Source: Candidatus Woesearchaeota archaeon
Lineage (GTDB): Archaea; Nanobdellota; Nanobdellia; SCGC-AAA011-G17; ARS1403
DNA: 38,188 bases
Assembly (NCBI GenBank): GCA_018302505.1
Contig: JAGVZL010000012.1
Coordinates: forward strand, 1 to 38,188
Direction of reading: 5' to 3'
The position numbers were made by a program, and so were the translations under genes. This document shows, one piece after another, positions 9,183 to 17,959 of this stretch (position 1 is the first letter of the stretch; every line of letters starts with the position of its first letter). The notes below the pieces were generated by a model. The model saw nothing but the letters and a program-made list of their open reading frames with translations. It was not told the origin of the DNA and searched no databases.

Positions 9183-10421
9183 CTAAAACCATTTATTCAA
9201 TTTCATCTGAGTTTTAACCATCTGTAATAACATGCTCTGTTTTAATATTGGATTTATATCAAATCTGAAATTTTTAATCATTAATTCTCCAATAAATTTC
9301 AACATTTCATCTTCATTTTTAAAATAAGTCGGTTCAGAACTTAAGGATTTTCTAACACTGTTTCTGCAAACCCAAACACCTAAGGGAACATCATATTCAG
9401 GCAAAACAAACCTTAAAACTAAAACAGAACTTTGTCTTTTTATTCCATCTAAATATTGTAAGATGGGAAGTCTAGCTGCATAATATCCACCTGCAGTTTC
9501 CTCAGCATAATTTTTCCTTCCATCATAAGTCTCATAATCAGTTGTAAAATTGCCTTTAGGCATCATCATCTCAAATAATTCATAGGAAAATAATTCAGGG
9601 AAAAATAATATTAAATAATAATTTCCTAAATGCCCTCCAAAATAAAAATAATAATCATCAATCATCTTATAATCTCTTATCTTATTTAACAAAAATTTTC
9701 CAATTGAATCATCAACCGCAGTGATAGAATTTCTAGTGGGGACTAATACTCTATTTTTCTTCAGTCCTGTAACTCCAATAGAAAGAATCTGGGATAAAGA
9801 TCTTTCATCCAACCCTTTAGAATACAAATATTTCAACCCCTCAACAGATTTTAAATCAGTATCGGAATAAACTTTATCTACATAACTTGGAATTTTAGTA
9901 TTTGAAACTAATTTAATATTTTTTAATTCAGCAGAAGGCCCCATAGGAGCTAAATAAGTATCAAAATTTATTCTTGGTCTGGGTTTTTTATTTAATTCAA
10001 CTTCCATATCTGATTGAACAGATGCCATACCAACTTCCTTAACTATCTCTAACAATCTATTGCTCAGCCTTATATCAGAAACTTTAGCTCTAAATCTGGA
10101 ATTAATTAATTCTTGTCTATACTTTATTATCTGATTCACATTTATGTTTTTCTCGCTCCAATAGTTAGGAGAATCGTATAGCTTAGCATTTTCTTTCAAG
10201 TCTGGAACGCTCATAATGCCGACATTAACATTTGGATAAGCTAATTTGGAACCAATAAAAACAGTTGGAGGAGAAACTCCGTAAAATTCTTGTTTTAAAT
10301 CTTTTATTTCAACGCTTCTAAATCCGTATTTTGAATCTGTTACATCCCATCTTTTTTTAGGTAAAACTCTCTTTTCTTTTTCAACTAATTTCCTATTATT
10401 AAAAATATCAAAATTATGCAT
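9183..10421 (-). CDS. nreA: Nre family DNA repair protein (PCNA-interacting)
   Basis: GVSPPTVFIGS..YPNVNVG, LVPTRNSITAVD, YDGRKNYAEETAGGYYAARL, PEYDVPLGVWVCR, C-terminal PIP box QMKLNKWF. Start moved to ATG 10421, which has a GGGGG SD-like element upstream. Confidence 0.9.
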   Translation of the reverse strand: MHNFDIFNNRKLVEKEKRVLPKKRWDVTDSKYGFRSVEIKDLKQEFYGVSPPTVFIGSKLAYPNVNVGIMSVPDLKENAKLYDSPNYWSEKNINVNQIIKYRQELINSRFRAKVSDIRLSNRLLEIVKEVGMASVQSDMEVELNKKPRPRINFDTYLAPMGPSAELKNIKLVSNTKIPSYVDKVYSDTDLKSVEGLKYLYSKGLDERSLSQILSIGVTGLKKNRVLVPTRNSITAVDDSIGKFLLNKIRDYKMIDDYYFYFGGHLGNYYLILFFPELFSYELFEMMMPKGNFTTDYETYDGRKNYAEETAGGYYAARLPILQYLDGIKRQSSVLVLRFVLPEYDVPLGVWVCRNSVRKSLSSEPTYFKNEDEMLKFIGELMIKNFRFDINPILKQSMLLQMVKTQMKLNKWF

Positions 10422-10504
10422 ATTTCCCCCGCAATAATATAAGACTTTAAAGTATAAATATTTTCCCGAAAGCCTTTTATAGAACAAGAAAAAATATTAT
10501 ACTA

Positions 10505-10876
10505 ATGATGAATAATCTTGGTAGATATAGAAGAGTCTATAAATATATCAAAAATTTAGAAAGAAAAAGCAAAACAGGCAGTACCAGAGAAACAAAAACA
10601 TTATTCAGAAAGTTAAAATTCACAGGTTACAAATTAAAGACTTTGGAAATGATAAGAATGGTTTCTTTCATATTGCTTTACTCTTCAATTACTTCAGCGG
10701 TCGTTTCAGTAATTCCAGGCTTTGAAAGCTTATCCAAAACAGTAATAAGGCTGTCAAGTTTAATCGGTTCAACAATATTCTTAATTATCGTGGGAATAAC
10801 TTCAAAATTAATCTCTTGGTATATGATAGATCTGCATTTAATTTCAAGTGAGTTAATAGCAATTTATAAAAAATAA
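10505..10876 (+). CDS. Hypothetical membrane protein (basic N-terminus, 2 TM)
   Basis: 123-aa ORF filling the gap; two hydrophobic helices; TATA-like TTTTATAG ~25 nt upstream. Confidence 0.7.
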   Translation: MMNNLGRYRRVYKYIKNLERKSKTGSTRETKTLFRKLKFTGYKLKTLEMIRMVSFILLYSSITSAVVSVIPGFESLSKTVIRLSSLIGSTIFLIIVGITSKLISWYMIDLHLISSELIAIYKK

Positions 10877-11578
10877 TTATTTCCTGTTTCTAGTTGGTTT
10901 TTTTATTGTAGTCTTTTTCTTCTGAGTTTTTTTAGTTATTTTCTTTTTTGCTGTTTTCTTCTTTGTAGTTTTTATTTTTGGTTTTGCAGTAGTTGTTTTC
11001 TTAGAAGTTTTCCTAATCCTTCTTGTTGGAGTTTTTCTAGGTGCCCTCTTAACGGTTTCAACAAAAGGAATCTCCAATCTTCTGTTAATTTCATTAATCT
11101 CTCTCTCTATGGCATTAATCCTCTTTGAACTTTCTTCACGCTCTAAAACTTTCCCGCAGTCAGGGCATTTAAAATTATGCTCCATTGCCATTTCAAAATT
11201 CATTCTCACAGCACCGCAGTCTTCGCTCTTGCAGGTAAAATAGTTCCCCTCACTCTCATTCTCCAGTCTCTCTTTTAAATGTTTTAATTTATCTTTTTTT
11301 AATCTCAAAAATAAATTATATGCTTTTAACTCATCAAAAGTCCAATAATAAATATACCAGCCTTTTTTCTTGTCTTTTTTTCTTGTAAACGAAACTAAAT
11401 TGTGAGAATACAACCTATAAAGCATATTTCTAACTTGATTTACTGTTAAATTTAATTTTTCAGCAATTTTAAATTCACTCACATCTACCTTGCCTTTAAT
11501 AAGTTCAACAAGTTGTACAACATCTCTGCCGGCAATTTCTTCAACTAATTCAGTTACTATCTCAGTATCCAACACCAT
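10877..11578 (-). CDS. tfe: Transcription initiation factor IIE alpha (TFE) with Lys/Thr-rich tail
   Basis: Winged helix SEFKIAEKL..VRNMLYRL...GWYIYYW; Zn ribbon CxxxxC...FKCPDCG; basic C-terminal tail. Confidence 0.93.
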   Translation of the reverse strand: MVLDTEIVTELVEEIAGRDVVQLVELIKGKVDVSEFKIAEKLNLTVNQVRNMLYRLYSHNLVSFTRKKDKKKGWYIYYWTFDELKAYNLFLRLKKDKLKHLKERLENESEGNYFTCKSEDCGAVRMNFEMAMEHNFKCPDCGKVLEREESSKRINAIEREINEINRRLEIPFVETVKRAPRKTPTRRIRKTSKKTTTAKPKIKTTKKKTAKKKITKKTQKKKTTIKKPTRNRK

Positions 11579-11702
11579 TTATTTAAAAATTGACAAATGG
11601 GGTTAAAAAATCTTTCGATTTAATGTATTTACTACATCACAATAATAAGGAAAGCTTTTTATATAAAAGTAGTATTTTTATCATAAAAAGGAGGTGCCTT
11701 TC

Positions 11703-12110
11703 ATGGGGCTATTTGGTAAAAAGAAAGAAGATTTTAGGGATAGGGTAAGACCGCCAACATTTCCAGGTTTATCGGAACCATCTTTTCCGAGTTATGAACC
11801 TTCATTTCCAAGTTCTTCAGATGACATAAAACAAGCAGTTACTAGGCCTTTATTTCCAGAGGGAAGAAGTTTTAGTAAAATGCCTCACCTAGAAGAGGAA
11901 AAAGCAATATTTGTTCAGATAGATAAATACAAAGAAGCTATTGACACATTGGAGATGATTAAAGAAAAACTGAAAACATCACAATCAATCTTAAATGAGT
12001 TAAATGAATTAAAAAAACAGGAAGACGCAGAGTTTTCAGAGTGGCAGTCAAATATAGAAGAAATAAAAGAAAAATTATCTGTAGTGGATAATAATCTATT
12101 TGAGGTATAG
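11703..12110 (+). CDS. Hypothetical protein: N-terminal MGLFGKKK, Pro-rich linker, C-terminal coiled coil
   Basis: SD GGAGGTG at 11690-11696 places the start at ATG 11703 rather than GTG 11694. Confidence 0.8.
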   Translation: MGLFGKKKEDFRDRVRPPTFPGLSEPSFPSYEPSFPSSSDDIKQAVTRPLFPEGRSFSKMPHLEEEKAIFVQIDKYKEAIDTLEMIKEKLKTSQSILNELNELKKQEDAEFSEWQSNIEEIKEKLSVVDNNLFEV

Positions 12111-12112
12111 TA

Positions 12113-12565
12113 ATGCCGCAAAGAAAAGGAGCAAAGGGGACTCAGCAAGTTAAAAGAAAGCCTAAAATAATACATGCGCAGATAAAGAGTCCTGTCCTCT
12201 TAAGAAAAACAATTCTAGAAGCTAGTATCTTATCTTTAGAAAACCTAAAAATCTTAAAGAATATTAGGCAGATTAAAAGAAGAAAGGATAAGTTAAAAAT
12301 GCATTTAAGAAAAGAATGCAAAGAAATGAAAGATATGACTGATAAATTTGAAGAATTGATTCCTCATCCTAGTGAAATCGGGATTAATGTTGAGAGAGAG
12401 TCAGAAAGGGAAATAAGAGTAGAGACAAAGGTTGAAGAAAAAAAGCGAAATAAACAGGAAAGGTTAATGGTAAAAACAACAAAGAAAGATGAAAGTCCAT
12501 TTGAACAAAAAGATGAATTTGATTTCGATATAGATAAGTTAAAAGAAAAGATTAAAGGTTTGTAA
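12113..12565 (+). CDS. Hypothetical coiled-coil protein
   Basis: 150-aa ORF starting 2 nt after the previous stop, with GAGGT upstream; helical and charged. Confidence 0.78.
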   Translation: MPQRKGAKGTQQVKRKPKIIHAQIKSPVLLRKTILEASILSLENLKILKNIRQIKRRKDKLKMHLRKECKEMKDMTDKFEELIPHPSEIGINVERESEREIRVETKVEEKKRNKQERLMVKTTKKDESPFEQKDEFDFDIDKLKEKIKGL

Positions 12566-12567
12566 AA

Positions 12568-14316
12568 TTATTTCTCTAAAATTCCTTTTATTCTTCTTAT
12601 CCCAGCACTTGAGCTTTCTTCTTTAACGATCCTAAATTTTCCTTTTATATTTTTAGTATTCTCAACATGCGGTCCTGTGCATATCTCTTTAGAATATCTT
12701 CCAATAGTATAAACACTCACGACATTGCCATATCTCTCTTCAAATATTCCTGAAGCTCCTGATTTTCTAGCATCCCCTAAACTCATCTCTTCACTCTTAA
12801 CATCTAAATGTGCATTTATTTTTTCATTGACTTCATCTTCAATTTTCTTTTTCTCTTCATCAGTTAATTTCCTGTCAAAATTAAAATCAAATCTTATCCT
12901 CTCTTTTGTAATATTGCTTCCCCTCTGCTCAATATCGTGGCTTAAATTATTTTTCAGGGCCTGTAATAATAAATGGGTAACTGTGTGATACTGTGTTACT
13001 TCTTCGCTATTATCTGCTAATCCTGATTTAAAAACGCCTTTGGTTGCTTGTCTGCTTAAATCCTGATGTCTCTTATATTCCTCCCAGAATGTCTCCTCTT
13101 CAACTCTAAAGCCTTTTTCCTCAGCCAATTCGATTGTCATCTCTAAAGGGAAACCATAACTAGTAAACAAGACAAAGGCAATTTTTCCTGATAATTCTTT
13201 TCCATCTAATTTGGAAATTTCTTTTTCAAAGATTCTTAGCCCAGAAGTCAAAGTTTTCTCAAATTTCTCATTCTCTTTTTTTAACTCATCCAAAATAAAC
13301 AATTCTTTCTTCTTAAGTCCGTCATAGGTCTCTCGATAAATTTCAATAACCTTCTTAGCAACTTCATTCAAACCATCCTTATCCAAGTCTATAAGTCTCG
13401 CATATCTTGATGCTCTTCTAATTAATCTTCTCAAAACATATCCATGCCCTAAATTGCTAGGAACAATTTTTTCATTTAAAATAAAAACAGAAGTTTTAAT
13501 ATGGTCTGCAATTATTCTTTCAGCTTTAATATCATCTTTCCTTGATAAATGTCTAATTGTTTTTAAAATAGGTAAAAATAAATCCGTTTCAAATACATTC
13601 TTCTTTCCTTGCAGCAGCATTGCTGTCCTCTCAACACCCATTCCTGTGTCAACATTTTTTTGTTTTAAACTTTCTAATTTGCCATTTTGTAATTTATTAT
13701 ACTGCATAAAAACATCATTCCAAATCTCTACCCATCTTGAATCGCCGGGGTTAAATTGTTCAGGAGCTTTTTCATCTCCAGCCCAATAGAACATTTCTGT
13801 ATCCGGACCACAAGGGCCAGTTGTTCCTGCAGGCCCCCACCAATTATCTTCTTTTCCTAGAAAAATAATTCTTTTACTTGAAATCCCTAATTTTTTCCAA
13901 ACCTCTGCACTTTCTTCATCTTTATCCGCATTCTTATCTCCAACAAAGCAAGTAATAGCTAATTTCTCTATAGGTATATTAAGTTCTTTAGTTAAAAACT
14001 CAAAACTCATCTCAATAGCTTCTTTCTTGAAATAATCCCCCAAACTCCAGTTTCCAAGCATTTCAAAAAAAGTTAAATGGACATCATCACCAACATCATC
14101 TATATCCCCAGTTCTTATGCATCTTTGAATATTAACTAATCTTTTGCCTAAAGGATGTTTCTGTCCTAATAAATAAGGAACCAAAGGATGCATTCCGGCA
14201 GTTGTAAACAAAACAGTAGGATCGTTTTCAGGAATCAAACTTGAATTTCTAATCTCTTTATGTCCTTTTTTCTTAAAAAATTCAATATATCTTCTTTTTA
14301 ATTCATTGCCTTTCAT
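12568..14316 (-). CDS. alaS: Alanyl-tRNA synthetase, short form (catalytic + editing domains, no C-Ala)
   Basis: DPTVLFTTAGMHPL, HLTFFEMLGNWSLGDYFK, GPCGPDTE, EIWNDVFMQY, VDTGMGVER, GYVLRRLIRRA; editing motifs HTVTHLL and EICTGPHV; ends at GIRRIKG. Confidence 0.96.
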   Translation of the reverse strand: MKGNELKRRYIEFFKKKGHKEIRNSSLIPENDPTVLFTTAGMHPLVPYLLGQKHPLGKRLVNIQRCIRTGDIDDVGDDVHLTFFEMLGNWSLGDYFKKEAIEMSFEFLTKELNIPIEKLAITCFVGDKNADKDEESAEVWKKLGISSKRIIFLGKEDNWWGPAGTTGPCGPDTEMFYWAGDEKAPEQFNPGDSRWVEIWNDVFMQYNKLQNGKLESLKQKNVDTGMGVERTAMLLQGKKNVFETDLFLPILKTIRHLSRKDDIKAERIIADHIKTSVFILNEKIVPSNLGHGYVLRRLIRRASRYARLIDLDKDGLNEVAKKVIEIYRETYDGLKKKELFILDELKKENEKFEKTLTSGLRIFEKEISKLDGKELSGKIAFVLFTSYGFPLEMTIELAEEKGFRVEEETFWEEYKRHQDLSRQATKGVFKSGLADNSEEVTQYHTVTHLLLQALKNNLSHDIEQRGSNITKERIRFDFNFDRKLTDEEKKKIEDEVNEKINAHLDVKSEEMSLGDARKSGASGIFEERYGNVVSVYTIGRYSKEICTGPHVENTKNIKGKFRIVKEESSSAGIRRIKGILEK

Positions 14317-14349
14317 TCTATAAGATTTAACTAATTAAGTTTAAAAGAT

Positions 14350-14910
14350 TTACTCATTCAAACTTTCCAAGAATTTATTAAAAATTTCTTCAGAAACACA
14401 GTTTCCTGCTACACATAGATTGCTTCTGCACTCAAAGTTATTAAAGCAGGCATCTTCATCAAATAACTGAATCTCTAATTCCTTAGTAGTTTCGCAGTAA
14501 GTTCCATCTTTTATTCTGGTTCCTATAGGCAAGCAAACGCCGTCAAAATAACAGCCGTCAGTGCATTTCCCAAACTTAGAGTCTCCCAATACTACTTCTC
14601 CTCTTTCTAAACAAACCCCTTTCCCATTTTTAGTGCCACAACCATTCTCACAATAAATCTCTTGAACCAAACCATTACTCCTGTCTCCAACACAATAGTA
14701 TTCATATAAGGTAGTCCCATTCACACATGTATCTTTTTTAGCAATTTCATCATAGCCAACTAGATTACCTCCGATAAGAGGATCTATACCATTATCGCTG
14801 TCTATACAAGCACTCACAACATTGCCGCTAACATCTAAGAACTCAATTCTAAACATAGCTACAAAACCAAATGCTAATAATGCTATAAAAAATATATCCA
14901 CCTTCTTCAT
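14350..14910 (-). CDS. Cys-rich secreted/membrane-anchored hypothetical protein
   Basis: N-terminal hydrophobic helix, SGNVV, CIDSDNG...DTC...LYEYYC module and a further Cys-rich C-terminal region. Confidence 0.8.
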   Translation of the reverse strand: MKKVDIFFIALLAFGFVAMFRIEFLDVSGNVVSACIDSDNGIDPLIGGNLVGYDEIAKKDTCVNGTTLYEYYCVGDRSNGLVQEIYCENGCGTKNGKGVCLERGEVVLGDSKFGKCTDGCYFDGVCLPIGTRIKDGTYCETTKELEIQLFDEDACFNNFECRSNLCVAGNCVSEEIFNKFLESLNE

Positions 14911-14944
14911 AGTATATCTTAGAATAACTTATAGTATAAAAATC

Positions 14945-17575
14945 TTACTCAACCAAAATACCTGGTTTAAACGGCAAAGCTTTCCCATTATCTTCTTCTA
15001 AAATATCAATTTTTAATTTAAACTCTTTTTGTATATCTAAAGAATTTTCTTTTAAAATTTTAATCTCAGTTTTCCTATCTAAGATAACATCATCCACGCC
15101 TTTTTTCAGTAACATGGGAACTAATTTAGCAATGTCTTTTTCATGCCCTTTAATCATTAAAGTCTGCATAACTTCGCTTTTATTTCTCGAATCTAATTCT
15201 TTAAATTTCCTAAAAGTTTCATATTTCCATTCATCAGCAGTATAGACTTTTAATTTTTTAGGGTTTTCAACTTTAATTAATTTCAAGATAGCATGTAAAT
15301 CAGAGATAAATCCTGAAATAAATTCATCTTCTTTATCTAATTTTTCATCTATTTTATTTTCATAATATTTAGGCCAGATAGCTAAAGAAATATATCCTTC
15401 ATTATGGTATTCGTATAATTCTTCACAGATATGCGGAGCAAAGCAGCTAAAAACAATCAAGAATTTTTTATAAGCATCTTCAAATACTTCTCTAGAAACA
15501 TCTTTTTTAACCTTGCTTAAATAATTTACAAACTCCTGTGCTTTTATCAAAGCTATATTAAAATTAAAACTATCAATATTTTCTCCAGTTTCTTTAATAA
15601 ATTTATTTAATTTGCTGGTTAAATGTTTGTCAAATCTATTGCTCTCGCTTTTGCTTTTATCTTTAAGACCATAAACCCTGTTAATAAATTTATAAGCTCC
15701 TTCTATTCCTTTATCATCCCACTCAACAGTTTTTCCTGGATGAGCTAAAACTAATAAAAATACTCTAACACTATCCACTCCATATTTTCTAATCATTTCA
15801 TCCTGAGTCACAACATTACCTTTGCTTTTGCTCATCTTAGCTCCGTCTTTATACAAAATTCCTTGGGTAAATAATTTAGAAAAAGGTTCATCAAAGTTTA
15901 ATAATTTCATATCCCTTAAAGCTTTTACAAAAAATCTTGCATAAAGTAAATGCAAAACAGCATGTTCTGCCCCTCCAATATACTGGTCAACAGGCATCCA
16001 ATAATTTACACTTTTAATATCAAATGCTCCTTCATTAAATTTATTATTGCAGTATCTTAAAAAATACCAGCTGGAATCAAAGAAAGTATCCATAGTATCA
16101 GTCTCTCTTTCTGCACTTCCTAAACATTTAGGGCATTGAACTTTCAAAAATTCCTTATTCGTCTTCAAAGGATTAGATTTGCCGGTAAATTCAACCTTGA
16201 CAGGAAGTTCTATAGGTAAATCTTCTTCAATAACCGGAACATATCCGCATTTCTTGCACTTAATCATCGGAATCGGAGTTCCCCAATATCTCTGTCTGGA
16301 AATTAACCAATCCCTCAATTTATATTGAACCGTTCCTTCTCCGTATCCCATCTCTTCCAAATAATTAATTATTTCTTTTATAGCTTCAAAATTATTTAAT
16401 CCGTTAAATCTTTCTTCAGAATTGACAATTATTCCGTCATCAATATAAGCTCTAACCATATTCTCGGCATCTAATCCATGCTCTCTAGGCTGTATTACAA
16501 CTTTAACAGGAATTTTATATTTTTCAGCAAATTCAAAATCTCTTTGATCATGAGCGGGAACAGCCATCACAGCTCCTGTCCCATATTCAGCTAAAACAAA
16601 ATTAGCAGTGTAAATAGGAACAGTTTCATTATTAACAGGATTTATTCCGTATCTGCCGATAAAGATGCCTTCTTTTTCTTTGTCATCAGCTGTTCTTGAA
16701 TATTTATCTTCCTTAGAAACTTTTTCTATAAACTTTTTAACCTTATCTTCATATTTAGTCCCTTTAACCATCTCTAAAACTTTAGGATGCTCAGGGGCAT
16801 AAACTAAAAAAGTAACTCCCCATAAAGTATCAGGTCTTGTTGTAAAAACTTGTATTATCTCCTTAGAATCTTTTAGCTTAAAATTAACAAATGTTCCATG
16901 GCTTCTTCCAATCCAGTTTCTCTGCATAATTCTAATTTTTTCAGGCCAGCCGTCTAACTTTTTAATATCTTTTAATAATTCATCAGCATATTTAGTAATC
17001 TTCAAGAACCATTGTTCTAAAGGTTTTATTTCTACAGGGTTATGGCATCTCCAGCAATTCCCCTCTTCAACCTGCTCATTAGCTAGTACAGTACCGCAGC
17101 TATCGCACCAATTTACATTAGCTTTCTTCCTTTCAACTAAACCTTGTTCATAAAATTTTAAGAACAGCCATTGATTCCATTTATAATAATTAACATCACA
17201 GGTTTTTATCACTCTATCCCAATCATAACTATTCCCTAAAGCTTTTAATTGAGAAGTAAAATTCTTTATTGCTTTATCTGTATATTCTTTAGGATGTGTT
17301 TTTTCTTTTATTGCGGCATTTTCAGCAGGCAGTCCAAAAGCATCAAATCCCATAGGATACAAAACATTAAATCCTTTCAGTCTCTTATATCTCGCATAAA
17401 CATCTCCAATAGCATAATTTCTTGAATGCCCCATATGCAAACCCTGACCTGAAGGATATGGAAACATCTCTAAAACATAGCTCTTCTTTTTTTTAGAATT
17501 ATTGTCTACTTTAAAGACTTTATATTTATCCCATTTTTCCTGCCATTTCTTATCTATCTCTAAAAATTGAACCAT
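14945..17575 (-). CDS. leuS: Leucyl-tRNA synthetase (bacterial-type core, archaeal-type C-terminus)
   Basis: LEMFPYPSG..LHMGH, GFDAFGLPAENAA, TVLANEQV, FTTRPDT, YGTGAVMAVPAHDQRD, LRDWLISRQRYWGTPIP, KMSKS; ends KALPFKPGILVE. Confidence 0.96.
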   Translation of the reverse strand: MVQFLEIDKKWQEKWDKYKVFKVDNNSKKKKSYVLEMFPYPSGQGLHMGHSRNYAIGDVYARYKRLKGFNVLYPMGFDAFGLPAENAAIKEKTHPKEYTDKAIKNFTSQLKALGNSYDWDRVIKTCDVNYYKWNQWLFLKFYEQGLVERKKANVNWCDSCGTVLANEQVEEGNCWRCHNPVEIKPLEQWFLKITKYADELLKDIKKLDGWPEKIRIMQRNWIGRSHGTFVNFKLKDSKEIIQVFTTRPDTLWGVTFLVYAPEHPKVLEMVKGTKYEDKVKKFIEKVSKEDKYSRTADDKEKEGIFIGRYGINPVNNETVPIYTANFVLAEYGTGAVMAVPAHDQRDFEFAEKYKIPVKVVIQPREHGLDAENMVRAYIDDGIIVNSEERFNGLNNFEAIKEIINYLEEMGYGEGTVQYKLRDWLISRQRYWGTPIPMIKCKKCGYVPVIEEDLPIELPVKVEFTGKSNPLKTNKEFLKVQCPKCLGSAERETDTMDTFFDSSWYFLRYCNNKFNEGAFDIKSVNYWMPVDQYIGGAEHAVLHLLYARFFVKALRDMKLLNFDEPFSKLFTQGILYKDGAKMSKSKGNVVTQDEMIRKYGVDSVRVFLLVLAHPGKTVEWDDKGIEGAYKFINRVYGLKDKSKSESNRFDKHLTSKLNKFIKETGENIDSFNFNIALIKAQEFVNYLSKVKKDVSREVFEDAYKKFLIVFSCFAPHICEELYEYHNEGYISLAIWPKYYENKIDEKLDKEDEFISGFISDLHAILKLIKVENPKKLKVYTADEWKYETFRKFKELDSRNKSEVMQTLMIKGHEKDIAKLVPMLLKKGVDDVILDRKTEIKILKENSLDIQKEFKLKIDILEEDNGKALPFKPGILVE

Positions 17576-17631
17576 ATAATTCTTTTATAATCCTATAGTT
17601 TAAAAAATTTGTTAATCTAAAAAACAATTTT

Positions 17632-17648
17632 AAAAACCTTTTTAAATA
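17632..17648 (+). promoter_or_regulatory. Putative BRE/TATA promoter of tRNA-Arg
   Basis: AAAAACCTTTTTAAATA ending ~23 nt upstream of the tRNA 5' end. Confidence 0.5.
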
Positions 17649-17670
17649 AAATTAAACGCTAAATCTCTAT

Positions 17671-17745
17671 GGACTCGTAACTCAGCTTGGATAGAGTGCT
17701 AGCCTTCTAAGCTAGAAGTCGAGGGTTCAAATCCCTCCGAGTCCG
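17671..17745 (+). tRNA. tRNA-Arg(TCT), no intron, CCA not encoded
   Basis: Cloverleaf: acceptor GGACTCG/CGAGTCC, D stem ACTC/GAGT, anticodon stem CTAGC/GCTAG with loop CTTCTAA (TCT at 17706-17708), T arm GAGGG-TTCAAAT-CCCTC. Confidence 0.97.
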
Positions 17746-17825
17746 CTTTATTTTGGATAACTCATAAAATATCTCTTCCGGAAAGAGAAACTCTTTTAAA
17801 TTCTATTATAACCAAATAAATTTAG

Positions 17826-17917
17826 GGGCACGTGTCCAAGTGGTTTAAGGAGACCGCCTGCAGAGCGGTTATGCGCAGGTTCGAAATAATAATATTACGA
17901 AAGTCCTGCCGTGCCCT
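17826..17917 (+). tRNA. tRNA-Cys(GCA) with an 18-nt non-canonical intron (17886-17903) at position 59/60
   Basis: Acceptor GGGCACG/CGTGCCC plus U73; anticodon stem ACCGC/GCGGT with GCA at 17860-17862; T stem GCAGG/CCTGC encloses 25 nt that form a BHB. Intron removal restores T-loop TTCGAAT. Confidence 0.92.
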
Positions 17918-17959
17918 TTACATACTTCTACCTAGAAATTAATAAATTAAAAAAAGAAA

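Noticed and set aside
17826-17917. tRNA-Cys as a pseudogene or split tRNA
   Set aside because: All stems pair, U73 and the GCA anticodon are intact, and the insertion forms an exact BHB within one contiguous gene.
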